Assembly (NCBI RefSeq): GCF_000150275.1
Contig: NW_002060946.1
Location: 2,623,454-2,687,453 of the forward strand
Length of the DNA stretch: 64,000 bases
Reading direction: 5' to 3'
DNA from: Trichoplax adhaerens
Lineage: Eukaryota > Animalia > Placozoa
Positions 27,261 through 41,600 of this stretch are shown here, piece after piece (position 1 is the first letter of the stretch; each line of letters begins with the position of its first letter). The notes beneath the pieces were generated by a model. That model saw only the letters and a list, made by a program, of their open reading frames with translations, ran no database searches and was not told where the DNA came from. The position numbers were made by a program, and so were the translations under genes.

Positions 27261-28276
27261 TTGCTAAAGGTAACCTCAAAGAAAGTAATGACATGGAGTG
27301 ACTGTAGTTCGTAAATGAGGTCATATGAGTGAGCGACATCGTTTTTGCTTAAGGCAACCTCAAAGAAAGTAATGATAGGGAGTGGCTGTAGTTCGTAAAT
27401 GAGGTGATGATGAGCGAGCGACATCATTTTTGCTTACGATACGTTGCTTAAGGTAACCTCAAAGAAAGTAATGACATGGAGTGAGTGTAGTTCGTAAATG
27501 AGGTGATGATGAGCGAGCGACATCATTTTTGCTTACGATACGTTGCTTAAGGTAACCTCAAAGAAAGCAATGACATGGAGTGACTGTAGTTCGTAAATGA
27601 GGTCATATGAGTGAGCGACATCGTTTTTGCTTAAGGCAACCTCAAAGAAAGTAATGACGTGGAATGGCTGTAGCTCGTGGATGAGTGAGCGACATCGTTT
27701 TTGCTTACGATACGTTGCTTAAGGTAACCTCAAAGAAAGTAATGACATGGAGTGAGTGTAGTTCGTAAATGAGGTGATGATGAGCGAGCGACATCATTTT
27801 TGCTTACGATACGTTGCTTAAGGTAACCTCAAAGAAAGTAATGACATGGAGTGAGTGTAGTTCGTAAATGAGGTGATGATGAGCGAGCGACATCATTTTT
27901 GCTTACGATACGTTGCTTAAGGTAACCTCAAAGAAAGTAATGACATGGAGTGAGTGTAGTTCGTAAATGAGGTGATGATGAGCGAGCGACATCATTTTTG
28001 CTTACGATACGTTGCTTAAGGTAACCTCAAAGAAAGTAATGACAGGGAGTGACTGTAGTTCGTAAATGAGGTCATATGAGTGAGCGACATCGTTTTTGCT
28101 TAAGGCAACCTCAAAGAAAGTAATGATAGGGAGTGGCTGTAGTTCGTAAATGAGGTGATGATGAGCGAGCGACATCATTTTTGCTTACGATACGTTGCTT
28201 AAGGTAACCTCAAAGAAAGTAATGACAGGGAGTGACTGTAGTTCGTAGATGAGTGAGCGACATTGTTTTTGCTTAC
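27261..28276. repeat. Tandem array, mixed 84/88/99-bp units, about 11 copies
   Basis: AACCTCAAAGAAAG recurs at 27272, 27356, 27455, 27554, 27638, 27726, 27825, 27924, 28023, 28107, 28206. Confidence 0.97.
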
Positions 28277-30214
28277 TGTACTGTACTGTACAGTACGTTA
28301 TTTACTTTTTACAATCCATAATACTGTAGTCTACAGTACTGTACTGTACTGTAGATGCTACAGTGTAGAGGTAAAAGAAAAATTGTAGACAGTGATTCTT
28401 AGACCTATGGCTTGTGGCATACGGTTCTAGTAGTCCATGCCTGTGGTAAGCGTACCCAAATCTTACTACCCTCGAATCTACAGTACAACATACTGTACAT
28501 GATTTAGACTGTAACGGAACCCAACCCATAGGTGACATCATCATAACTCAACATCAACGGAGTAAATGCTCGTTTACAAACAAGTGAGCGAAAGGCAAGT
28601 CGCTACAGCTTAAATGGCTACTGGCATCAATTTCTTCTGGTTGTGAAAATTCAACCAATCCTACAAGAGTACAACTTTTCAAGGCACAGCTTTAATTGGC
28701 CAGTATTACTAGAAAAAGAGCGCTTGCTGAAGGTAAAATAAAAGAGGAAAATAAGGTAAAAAAGCGATAAGAAATCCATAGTGATGATCATAAATGAGAA
28801 TGAGATTGAGAATGATCGATCATCATTCATGAACTGACCAACACACTCAAGTTGAGCAATTACCAAGAAAGCAAATGGAAATTGCTATAGTACAAACCCA
28901 AGTCATCCATGGAATCCATTGCACTGACAAGATCGTGTTGTTGTAGTGCTGTAGAGGCAAATAGGATACAAACACATTAGGATGATTTTGCTTAAAGTCG
29001 GTAGATGGACGGCCACCTTCCATCGCCAAAAGACGATCGGTGTAGTGTCTTGTTTACCCTTGATCAAATAGGACAATCGGACCTGCTTGAGTCAAAGCGT
29101 TAACATTATCCATCATGATTGAAGTAATCAGAGCACTACTGTAGTTGGTAACTGTAAATCAAACTTTCATCACTACATTGAACAATTTCCTCTGGGCGTG
29201 ATGGACACTGAGTTCACTACGCGCTACGTACAATGATGACCAGGAAGATATTGCGGTATGGTAGTAGTCTTCAGATAGTCCATCAAAGCTGCTCATGTTG
29301 TTTTACTGCAATCACCGAAATGATTCCCTATCTATCGCTCAATAATCAATGGGCCTCTTTGCAGCCAAATAGATATGTGTAAGCATTAAAATATCAGGCA
29401 ATGCCGTACAATCCAATCATGTAGACTATTGCAATCAATTGAATCGCTTACTGTTCAAGCTCATTAAAGACATGGAGGTCGGCTTCAAGGTGCCGCCTTC
29501 TGTGTGCCAATAATGATTGATAAATAAGGTGACATATGCAACCCTACAGTACACCAACATTGATGTGATATCCACTTTTCTCAGGAATGGCGCCTCCTGT
29601 TTGTAAATAGTTCTCTACATACTAGCAATCAACCATGATACATTGAAAAAAATAACTTTTATTGCTTCGTCATCAACCATTCACGATTGCTTCTGCTTGT
29701 CTACCACGATGACAAACTAGGCGTTGGGGTTTCCTTGATTATTTGAAACAGGTACCAACGTTTTTAGCTAGTCACATAGTTGAACGATATCGCTACTTTC
29801 ATTATAAATTGTAAAAGCGACTTTATGTGCTTAGCAAAACTGCTTGAATGGATAGCTTACAAAGATAAATTAGACAGCGTTACTAATGCTAGAATAGTTT
29901 TAATAGTTCTGCCAGTATTAACAAATTCCTCAAATTGAAAGGTTAACTGGACGGTAAAGACCGTAAAATACTTCTAAACATAGAGAAAAAATAAAATTAT
30001 CCACATTGTACAAGTAAAATGAGGCTCATAGCAGTTACGATCTTTGACCTAACTTTCTTACATAGTACCACTTGACAAGGTGATATCATGCTGAATAACT
30101 AATTTTTTTAAATGTTATAGCAGGTAAGATCCAAGAAAATTCCAAAGAACCATCTGGATTAATTATAATTAGCAGATATTGTAACTGTAATCAAGGATCT
30201 TGACCAAACAAAAT

Positions 30215-33200
30215 ATGGCTACTATAGCCAATGTCAGCGCCAATATTACTCGATCTTCTTGTGAATGGATACTAATATATGAAGTTGGTGGCAAGTGAGT
30301 GCAGACAATCGTAAATAAAAACGTAATAATTTGGCAACATATATCCAAGTTTTATTATACTCTAATTATGAATTAAATTATTAGTGTAGGACCCTAGTAC
30401 TCAATCACGTTATTTGTCGATCAATAAATTATAATTAGCTTTAATATTCATTGAGTTGATGTAATGTCTTTCTTTATGACTTGCTGCAAATTCCATAACT
30501 TGGCTTTGGTCACTAATTTATTTCATCATTACGGTATAATAACTTTAGGCCGTCTTGTATTATACAAATTTTCTCACCCAAATCTATTACTATAGATGAT
30601 AGTTCATCAATACTGTATTCTTTTTATAACCAATGTATATACTGTAGATCGATCGAATAGTTATACGCGCAATGATACAACTATCAAACACACTATTTTA
30701 TATTTACCATCATTGTATGCTATAATACAGCCATACTTTTTCTGTAAAGTAATAAATCATCTCATTACATTAATTGATGTAGCGTCAACCTCTATAAATC
30801 CCTTTGAATACATTAGCTTGACTTTGATCATCAATTCAAATTCGTGTATTAGCTTTATGATCGCCTTGGTGTTATAATATCGCTGTTATAAACTGAATCG
30901 AATATAACTCGCATAGAGTAGCAGATACCGTATCAGAGCGTTGTTTATAAGCTACAGCTACTTGATTATAGAAATTGTTGCACGCGTATGTGATCAATGA
31001 TACCAGATTGCTATCATGATAGTTGCTTAACCTTTATGTAAAGCATTAATACTCATTCTGATAGGAAGTACCGATATAGAATTTATGATCTAAAAAATCA
31101 TAAAGCTACTAATTTTGTACTAACTTATTCACCTAACTATCTCGTGATTGAGATTGATCATCATTTGCTCTCTCTGGATTATTTTTCATTATAAAGGGTG
31201 AGGCTGTGGGATATCTTGATGCTAGTTCCTAGCGGCCTATTTCTAGCTTTTCTACTTCTAAAGTTTCGATTTGCTCATCGCCGTTTAAAATCCATGAGAA
31301 GTCCAATCTTTTCGACTTTCTTTGGCATGGTAAAGTTTACAAATTATCTTTTGTGTGCAATTGATTACTCAAAAATATATCTAATAAGTCTTTTATATTG
31401 TTCATCTAAAATCTATTTGTATTATGTTACTTAGGTAATGATGGTTGCATGCGCTAGTGTTGCTAGATGCGTTGTTTCCATGACTGTTTCTAGTTCTGGA
31501 GTTGGTTATATAGCTGATAAGGTTAGTCTAACAATTAATTGATAGTAATTCTACATGTATCATCATTGGGTATGATTACGATTCGCAGTTGACATTTTAG
31601 AACCTTACCCATGGCCATATTTTATCAATTTCTACAATTAGTCAAATATGGTAGTGTAAAGTATAAAATCTATTCTGCAATAACGTAAAGCTAAGCGATA
31701 CACCCTTGCCAACTTTCTTTGTGTAACAGATACTGTGGCTAATTGTTCGATTCTTGTTACTGGTCGTTGAATTGAGTGTCATCACATTTGGGTTAGCATT
31801 TGGTAAGTTATTACCTGCATTATCGTTTATATAATGAGCACTAATTTTTACGCGGTATATTCCCTAATATATCTGTTATTAATAGCTGTAGTTATAGAAT
31901 ATAAATGATTACTAAAGTTTTTATAGACGTAGCTCTTGAGGCAACAAAGGTAAAATTTTTTTACCTGCTTTAGTCTACTGTGGATATAAATAAACATTTA
32001 ATTATATAAGGTTATATTATCGTCATGCAGTGTTAAATCCTTTGGCTTATGCCTTCTAAATTTTCATTTTAAATTACAATTATTCATAAATTTCACTAAT
32101 AGTAAATCAATGCAACCATAAATCGCATCAGATATTAAGCACATTTAATTATCTTCGAATAGGTCATTTAGATAGTCGTGAGAGCATAAAGAGAGTTCTA
32201 ATTGTAACAGCTCTTATTTCACTGGCTTTTTCTACCACACAGGTACTGTTACATTTGAAGCATTTATTATCAACTTAATACAATTCATAAATACCTCAAT
32301 TTAGGGATAAGTGTGTGTAGTTTGCGTAACTTTGTCATCAATCTGTAAAAATTTAATTAACGTCACTTATTAATACTAGTTATTGGAATTGAAGATGTTT
32401 GTTTCTGTAACTTAATACTATCGAAATTAAAATTAGTTGCACTTAACGTTGATCATGTAGGGTGTTTTTGAGTTCCTGTACCATAGTACTTATGACGTTA
32501 ATATCCACGTTGGTAAAAAATACCCCTTTTTCGCCCACGGAGGAATGGATTTTTGGTTTGGATACTCTAGCTTCTTCTTTGCGGTAATCACCTTTTAATG
32601 TTGCCGACGTATATGCCTGTAATGCATAATGATTAACCCTTTTTAATTAATAATTGCTAGGCTTATCTTTTCATTTTTTTGCTACCTTATACATCTGCTA
32701 GCCAACGATGGGCATTACCAAGTAAGCTTCTGTAGATAATTATTTATTGATTACCTGTTTAACGGTTTCTCTATCTGGACGTGGATTAGTGTTTATTAAT
32801 GGATTGCAACTACTTTGTACTTATGCTAGGTAAAAGGTCCTTCTATGTTTATGTTATGTCCTTATCAATGCTGAATTTAGTCCAATCAATTGGTTGTTGC
32901 TTGCTTCTAAACAACCTTTACCAAGGATTATGGTAATTTTAAATGGAACAAATAATCTGCGTTTGTTAAAAGTTTTATCGAAGTTAACCTTGTCCATGAT
33001 TATAAACTTATAGTGTCGTGGATGTAACGTCCTTCCTGTACTTTAGTGGGTATGCCCCTCTCGTGTATATGACTTTCCTAAAAGACTGCTTTAGGTAAAT
33101 ATGTGCTCAATAATGAGATACAACTGTATCTTAATATTTATAATCTTTAACCTCTATTACGGCTTTTAGTCTACGACGACCTACTGCAACATATGATGAT

Positions 33201-33380
33201 CCAGGAGTTATCGTTGGCGATAGTAGCACTAATACCTACTCATCTTTAAAAGATGAAGTAGTATTTCCGAACAATTCCAGTAAATGGTACTCTAATGAGA
33301 ACTCCGATCAAGATCCGATAATAGTACAAAGTAAGCCATTCCAGGCAGATCAAGATGACTGTAATTCGGTTATGGTGTAG
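30215..33380 (+). CDS. TPRA1: Transmembrane protein adipocyte-associated 1 (GPR175), multi-exon 7TM
   Basis: VRLWDILMLVP..LFLAFLL...[77 protein letters not shown] match TPRA1; TAG at 33378-33380. Confidence 0.95.
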
Positions 33381-35363
33381 TACTTTACTGTCTTAAAACT
33401 ATGATGCAATATATTACATTTAAAACTAGAATAACCCTATCATGTCTTTAGCAAAAATATGTATTTATGCTGTTATGGAAGATGAAGTGACTCTCGATGT
33501 CATCACTTTCTCTTTAAATTTATTGTTATTTTGCACACTGACTGACAATTTATCACGATTACCATATTCCGAAGCGATACTAGAAAGCATAGCATTTGTA
33601 AATAGATACGCCATCGTTCAGTTCACTTGATACACTTTCTGTAAGCTAATACGAAAAAGACGACTTGTCATATATGAAAATGCCTTGGATCCTATTTTTA
33701 TAAATTGGCTACATCAGATGCTAATCACTTTTCATCTCTAAATGTGGGTAACTTTTAAGCCATTACGCCTTACAATGATGATAATGCTGTAATTTGATGA
33801 TCTGGAGTATTTTATAAGCGTAAATTTCAGTTATATCTTTCTGAAAATAAGAGCAGTATAGAATATTATGACATGATGCACATATAGATTACTTTTGAAG
33901 TAAAACTGCCACTAAAATCTCTAAGTATTACCTTATTGCTGATATTCAGGTGATGGTTATTTAATTGCATTTAGTGACCGTAATAATTTGAACAGATATA
34001 CACTTTGATTAATTAAACACGGTGCAAATAACTTTTGTAAGACAGACCCAGAATTGTATCAATCACCATGTAATTTCTTGATTGATTTGTGGTACCGAAA
34101 TAAATATCAACGAAAAATAAAAACTTTGTCTAAAATATTCTTATTGGATTGTTTTAGTATTATGCTGTACAATACCGCCATTATTATTAGATTTCAAAGT
34201 GTTATAGATTAATCCGCAGTAATGCAAGATTTTGATTCGTTATTGCCATATAAAACTAATAAGCCTGGTACTCAAATCTAAGAAAAGCTTGATCGAACGA
34301 GACTTAATGAAGATAAAACCTAGAAAGCCATAACAAACCTCACATTTACGGATGAATTCATCGAAAAATTATCATTACTATAAAGATTAAAATATTACGC
34401 ATAATATATTGCGTTATAGCAATATTACGTCCTTGTATCCCATTTACCTTGCTATTAATATGAATCAAGAGCCAAAATGTTGGCTGCGATGATTGAGGAA
34501 TTTCTTTAGTTTTATTTTCTGCTCTAATATACTGTATAAGATCTCCACCACCACATTATATATATTTGATGATATTGAAGTGCATAATGCTGCAACTATA
34601 AAGATATTAAAACTTGTTCAATCGATATATTTACGACTTCTATGGTATTTAAAGTATTGGCCGTCAGTAACTGTGTAAATACGATATGGCTACTTTCGCT
34701 AACTAAGTTTTAACCTTTTTTAACTATAATAAAGCAGTTTGAGTTCAACTGTTGCTACAACAGTATAATACTAGCATACTCAATTTATAGACATTCACAC
34801 TATAGCATTTTATCTTCATCCATTGGTTACAGATGATGCTATCTGATTATCACCTTACATTTGTCTTTAAAGGATTACTTTCACAGCTACTTAACACAAA
34901 TATTACGAAATTTCGTACAAAATTTTATAAGCCCAGCTGATATTATAATAACAACTATCAAACATTAAGAATTTCGTTAACGTACCGAATATAGCACTAG
35001 TCCATAGCTAACATCTAAGATATCATTAATTATGTATAGTAAAATCAAAACATAGCTTTACAACGATCTCTATTTATAATATTGATATGATATAGTATGA
35101 GTTAAAAATAAATGTATGATATGTCATAATATAGATTATACCTAGCATTTAAGATATCGAAATACCCGTATTTGCTAACTCATAGATGAGCAACGAAGCC
35201 CACAATGCCATAACCCTTAGTTCAGCGTAAAACTAGGATGGACAATATATACTTTGTTAATCTTTCATCACTACATCAAATCTAAGTAGGGTATTGTCAT
35301 TAAAAATGGCTCTGTAAATAATATTAGTAGTTGCTACAATATATTTTCACATATACAATGCTT

Positions 35364-37503
35364 TTAAAAAAGCAAGGTATACTGCGTTAAAATAAGTATA
35401 GACGTGACGGTAGCTAAAATAGGCTGCGAAGTTATTTTAGAGGCAGAACTCGTCGGTGTTGGAGGTTGTATAGGCTTAGGTGTATAATTATTAGGAAATT
35501 GCGCTAACAAAGAATCAGGAAAATCAGTTCCAGAACGTCCAAAACACCAATTTTCAGGATCTACATTGCCTGTTCAAAAGCAGATAATTTCAACGTAAGA
35601 TTTAAACGTAAAATAAATAACAGAATTAAGTGAATTAACTCTTAAGTATGCCCTAAATTTATCAATTTATAAATTGAAATTTTGTAAATACGTTAGAAAA
35701 CTTACTTGGGCTTAACGTCAACCTATACCAGAAATTAACGTCAGTTGTCTCACAAGATTGACCTTGGCAGAAAAACTTGAAGTAAACCCTTTTACCTGCT
35801 GCCATCTTACATTCATTAATAGTACCCTAAGTTGATCAGATGAAGTGGTTATAAGATTTCACTAGTTAAAACAATTAATTCAGTTTAAAAAATCAGCCAA
35901 GTCATAACTTTTCTATCAATAAACTATAATATGGTGTATTAATGGCGTTGTTACTATCAATTCAATCTATCCAATGATGAAATCCCTCGCAAGTTTATAT
36001 TTTTTATATGGTATAAGTTAGTATATTTAAGTGAAACACTTTCAGATTTATAATGCTATAGCAGCATACCTCTTGACAAATTGTATTATATCCATCGCCT
36101 TGGACACTAAGTGAAGGAAACGTGAATAGATCTCTTAAGTATAAGGTGGGACAAGCTAATAATTGCGGTTAAACTTGATATTGTTAATATTATTCCTTTT
36201 GTAAGCTAGAGCACACAGATTATGATTAAGATTGTATGATAAATCAAGCTTTTATCCTAAAAAATTTACTCTTTATGATAAAAACACTGTATAACTGCAA
36301 TACACTTATATAGGATGTAGCGAACTCGACATTAAAATTTTTTATAGAGCTAGCATTTACAGTTACAGTATGGTTTATATATTAAATGAGGGACTTACCA
36401 AATCATCGAATTCGGTGGAGTTGTTTGAACCTTCAAAAGAAAGAATAGGCATGTTAGTATAATTATTCTAAATGCATTGACAAAGTTTTGTTAAGCAATC
36501 TAAATGTAATTCGTTATTAAATCGGCTAATGCCTATTTATGTGCTTGCATCAGTCTAATACAGTATTCAAATTAAATGCTCGTATAGATTATATTCACTG
36601 GTTAACTTCGAGATTAGATATTGACAATTCATGAAGTATTCCATGATTCAAATTAATTATTAGTACCCTATCTGCTATCACCTTGCCAACAAGCGATAGT
36701 TTCAGTATAGGGAAAGTTGTAAATGTTTTTGCGTACTTACGTTTGGGCATTATCGTTAGAAAGTAGACAATTTTACTAAGGCTTTGGATAGATAGCTAGA
36801 TCAATAATTAGAAACTTACCATAACTTCGATAGCTTTACCATCTGCGTTGTCAACCCATACGCAAGGATCGCTCTTGCCATTAACTTGATAATGAAAAAC
36901 ATCATGTTTGAACCCTAATGGTCTGCAACTTAAATCCGTAAGACAAGAAACATTCCTATTATATTGACTTTGTTGAATTTCAAGGTAAGCAGGATTGGAT
37001 GTCGAACATACAGCAGCCAATGATCCTATAAGAAGAAAGTATTAGTAAAGTAGTAATTAATATCAAAAGAGAGATGAATACTATTATATTTTAAAGTTAA
37101 ACGATACGGGCGATTTTTACATATCAGTCACTGTAGTGGATGGGTTGTATAACCCTTTCGGTTGACAGTCACTAACTTAAAACTTGAGTAAATCTCTATA
37201 GTAGATAATTATCATACTTGCCATCAAATAATTACTTCATTAATTAAGCATAGTAAACTATTCTCCCTGTTAGTACTATCGTATTACATATTACTACTAT
37301 CATCAGCAGAAATCTCTACAATGATAAAACTTTAACAGCGATAAATCAGGTCGTATTCGCAGACAACACGATTACTATACACGTTACTCTAACTAGGCTC
37401 TTGCGACGATAAATAAAAAAAAATTCACTGACATAAAGTAGATGGTAAAAAATATGGCAATAGAAAATCGTATTATTGTAGTGAGCAGCGATAGAAAAGC
37501 CAT
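35364..37503 (-). CDS. Uncharacterised Cys-rich, probably secreted and GPI-anchored protein
   Basis: Five exons from about 37025 to 35364 join in frame: SLAAVCSTSNP...DPCVWVDNADGKAIEVM-VQTTPPNSMIC-VQGDGYNTICQE-GTINECK...FFCQGQSCETTDVNFWYRLTLSP-...ENWCFGR...PPTPTSS..hydrophobic tail*. A signal-like exon starts at 37503 but its junction phase is unresolved. Confidence 0.75.
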
Positions 37504-38400
37504 ACTAATGCCCAAATCGTCAAGTATTTGGCAGCATCATCTAGTAATACACACAATTACTTAAATTTCCATGACTATTTCTGATCCATCCGTATCAATA
37601 ATATTTCATTTCAAACACTATACAACGATCCTCTCAGCGTATAATACTAAGTTGTTCATAATTTCTCAACTTGTAACCGTTTGTGTATTAAACTATATTC
37701 AAAAACACAACATTAACTATCTTCAAACGCTAGTACATCTGCAGTAAGTTCATAACCCAATATTGAAATAGCTCTTGTCATATGCAGTAACTAAATAGAA
37801 TTGCTTCCAAAATCGATGCTCTTCTTTTTGACATCGTCTATACCCCGGTAAATTTCTTCATAATCAATATCAAATTGACTCCAATTCAATCAGATTACAT
37901 CAATTCAAAATAATACCTTGTGCCCATAACAATATCAAAGTAACCATTACACCAAATACACGGGTTAATGCCATATTTTATTCGATATTTCTATCCTAGC
38001 CACAAGTAGAAAAAAGGATGTAGAAAATTTCAAAAGTGATCGTTGCAAGTGCGATCGATAATTTGAACTAATGTCGAGGAAAAGCGGAAGGATTGCAGTC
38101 AACGGGTGTGGTAATTGCAAGGATTCTACTGTAGTATAGCCTTCCAATTTCTCCCTGTTTACAGTAGTGCCAAGTACTTGATGACCCCGAAAGCGATTTC
38201 TCACTTGCGATATAAATTCTAGTAGATTGTTGCATAGAAACCAGCGGACAGGATTTTCGAAAGTAATATGCTTAGTACCCGAGTATACCGTATCATACAG
38301 TAGCGAACGCTGGTGGTATTCGTATCCGATGCACTACTTGTAAAAAGTAAGCCTAAGAAATGAGTACAGCGGTTGTACTATAACTGTACGTCGAGACGAG

Positions 38401-39427
38401 CATTCTCGCCTTGGTAGACTATCTAGCAATTCCGCTGGCATCGAGGTATGGGAAAACCTTCATGACTGCTGTAGCACAGTTTTCTGGTTAGATTATGCTG
38501 TCTAAACAGATTCAATATACATTGAACTCTATCATTTATGTATATAGAACGGTAGTAGTATATTTGTATGAGATAAAGTACATACTGTATACGCAATAAG
38601 GTTAGGAAATGACTCTGGTGGTTATGCATTATCACAACGATTTTCACCTTGCTAGACTATGGAGTAATTGTGCTAGCATCGAGGTATAGGAAAACCTCCA
38701 TGACTGCTGTAGTACAGCTTTCTAGTTAGATTATGCTGTCTAAACAGATTCAATATACATTGAACTCTATCATTCATGCATATAGAACGGTAGTAGTATA
38801 TTTGTATGAGATAAAGTACATACTGTATTTGCAATAAGGTTAGGGAATGACTCTGGTGGTTATGCATTATCACAACGATTCTCACCTTGCTAGACTATGG
38901 AGTAATTGTGCTAGCATCGAGGTATAGGAAAACCTCCATGACTACTGTAGCACAGTTTTCTGGTTAGATTATGCTGTATAAATAGATTCAATATATATTG
39001 AACTCTATCATTCAAGTATATAGAACGGTAGTAGTATTTGTATGAGATAAAGTACATGTTCGGAATAACGTTAGGAAATGACTTTGGTGGTTATGCATTA
39101 TCACAACGATTCTCACCTTGCTAGACTATGGAGTAATTATGCTAGCATCGAGGTGTAGGAAAACCTCCATGACTGCTGTAGCACAGCTTTCTGGTTAGAT
39201 TATGCTGTCTAAACAGATTCAATATACATTGATCTCTATCATTCATATATATAGAACGGTAGTAGTATATTTGTATGAGATAAAGTACATACTGTATACG
39301 CAATAGGGTTAGGGAATGACTCTGGTGGTTATGTATTATCACAACGATTCTCACCTTGCTAGACTATGGAGTAATTGTGTTAGCATCGAGGAATAGGAAA
39401 ACCTCCATGACTGCTGTAGCACAGCTA
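38401..39427. repeat. Tandem array, about 238-bp unit, about 4.3 copies
   Basis: CATCGAGG recurs at 38439, 38677, 38915, 39146 (231-bp unit) and 39384; this explains the three near-identical short ORFs in the track. Confidence 0.97.
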
Positions 39428-41600
39428 TTTTAAGTTATTTTGCCCACGTTTGACTTAATATTACTGTGCTTTATATTAATTAGCTTATAACGCCAACATG
39501 CACAAGTATAAACTTATTTCATAAGCACATCGATAACGGCTACTATTCTTTCAATAAATAAGCTAATGTAAGAATTATTCGAGCTTACAGAATAGTTTAT
39601 GAAGCATAAGGTAAATATTAGTGAGATAAAATTTCAGTTTTGCATAGCTTTTGGCCTCATGAGTACGTCGACTGTTTGCATCTGCAACCCTTAGTGCAAC
39701 ATGTATCGTTAAAACTCTTTCTATTATCTCCACAGCACAAAGCTACTAAATAAATAAAATTTGATAAATTAAACTTATTTAAAACGGAAGATTTATTCTT
39801 CTTCGAGGTAACAACAATGAAATTCTCATGAAGACGATTTAAAATTGTATAGCGAGATCCGATGCGATGTTTTTAGTAGATTTAAAAGAAAAATAATACA
39901 GAATTATGGAAATTTCTGCGAGTAATAAAGTATAGTGTAGTTAACCATTGTTACGATAATATCATCTTAAATTACTATGAGTGTATATTCCGAGGATTTT
40001 AAAGAGAGAAGTAAGTTGTTATGCTGGCAATATAATGACGAAATAAAAACAACGGAAGAAAATCAATAACAAATAAATATTATCATCTCAAAGTATGCAT
40101 GAATTAAAAGAATTTTTACCAAATATGTACGATATTATACGTTACATGCCTAATATTACAAAAATAGGATCAAAATGGGATTTTTCCAACGAATTTCAAT
40201 AATCGAGAAAAATAAATTCTATAAATATTGCAGAAATACTTTCTAGAAAAATAAGTTCGAAATATACAGGCGTTCACAATCGATAAAATTGAACTTTACT
40301 TTATTCTTACTAATGATTCGCTTTCTTATTATAGCTAAATCGTGATCAATTTATAAAATTTCCGTACTTCTATAAGTGTGCCAATAGCTGATAAGGTAGT
40401 AGACCTTCTAAAGCATTTTAGTTAAGTCTTTGTTTTCTATCCAATAAATAAGCTCAGATATATTTCTCTTGTTTACAATTTAATATAAATACAGAGATTA
40501 TTTTCTTAAATTATATTATACGCCAGGATATCGTACTTGGATACCATCGAAATTTTCTATCATAATAATCTTGAATTGTTTGATCAAATCGGTGAAATAA
40601 AAGCATCAATGATTGTATTTATGCTTATATAAAATAGAATAGAACCAAAGGTTTATCCTTAGTTATAACAATTTATTTGACATTTGATAACTAATATAAG
40701 GTGACATTTTAATATAATACTGTTAAATTCTTTATTCTACTAAGGATTATAGTAAATCCAGCTCCAATTAAAGAATTCTTCATTCACTTGTCATAAGTAC
40801 TTTAATGAACATAGCTTAATTTCACTTTCAATCAAGGCTTTTATTGAATTCGAATCTTCATTGCGGAATTTTTATGAGTAAAATTATCTATTTCTTCATT
40901 CAGAAATACAACGTACGTACTTTCGTATTCCTTCATCTTACTTAACGAAATACAATGTCTTTCCGTTTTCATTGCCGTGGTGCGAATGAACATTTAGGAA
41001 AATAAATAACATAAGCAAATATTTTGTACGGTAAATTCATCTTAATCGCTCGTAAATTCTTTAATAAATGAAAGGTTTTAAGTAGCACTACTATCAAATT
41101 TGTAACATAAACTGAGATTTTTTGAAGGTACTGTAATGTAAGATCAAAGCGAGTATGATGCAAAAGCATGTTATGATATGAACACCATTGAATAATAGTA
41201 AAATTGCTGCGATATACCTTTGTAACATGAGAGAATGCATATTTACAACACAACACAAGTAAATATATATTTACCACCATTCCAAATCAGGTCAAAACTT
41301 CGACAATAGATATGTTGCATGCTTATGTCAAAATCGATATTATCGATATTGACTAGTCAATATCAGTTTCAGTGAGTACTGTTGTTATAAATCTATATCT
41401 GTAACGAGGAAATTCAAACTACGACAAGAAATCTACCATTGTGAATCTATTGTAGGGTTTGCGTTTCCCGACATCTACCTGCAGTACGACTCTAATACTA
41501 ACGATTCTTCATCGTTAGGAGGGAGAGTAAACACACCAATCTCTTTTAGACAAAACTGAACTAAAACTTTATTAAAAAGACAGCAAATTTATGGTAAATC

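Noticed and set aside
25845-28276. CRISPR-like appearance of the two adjacent arrays
   Set aside because: Whole units repeat with no unique spacers, there are no cas genes, and the context is a spliced eukaryotic genome
28560-29750. Possible small minus-strand exons or pseudogene between the array and TPRA1
   Set aside because: Candidate exons end in stops when joined and show no recognisable motif
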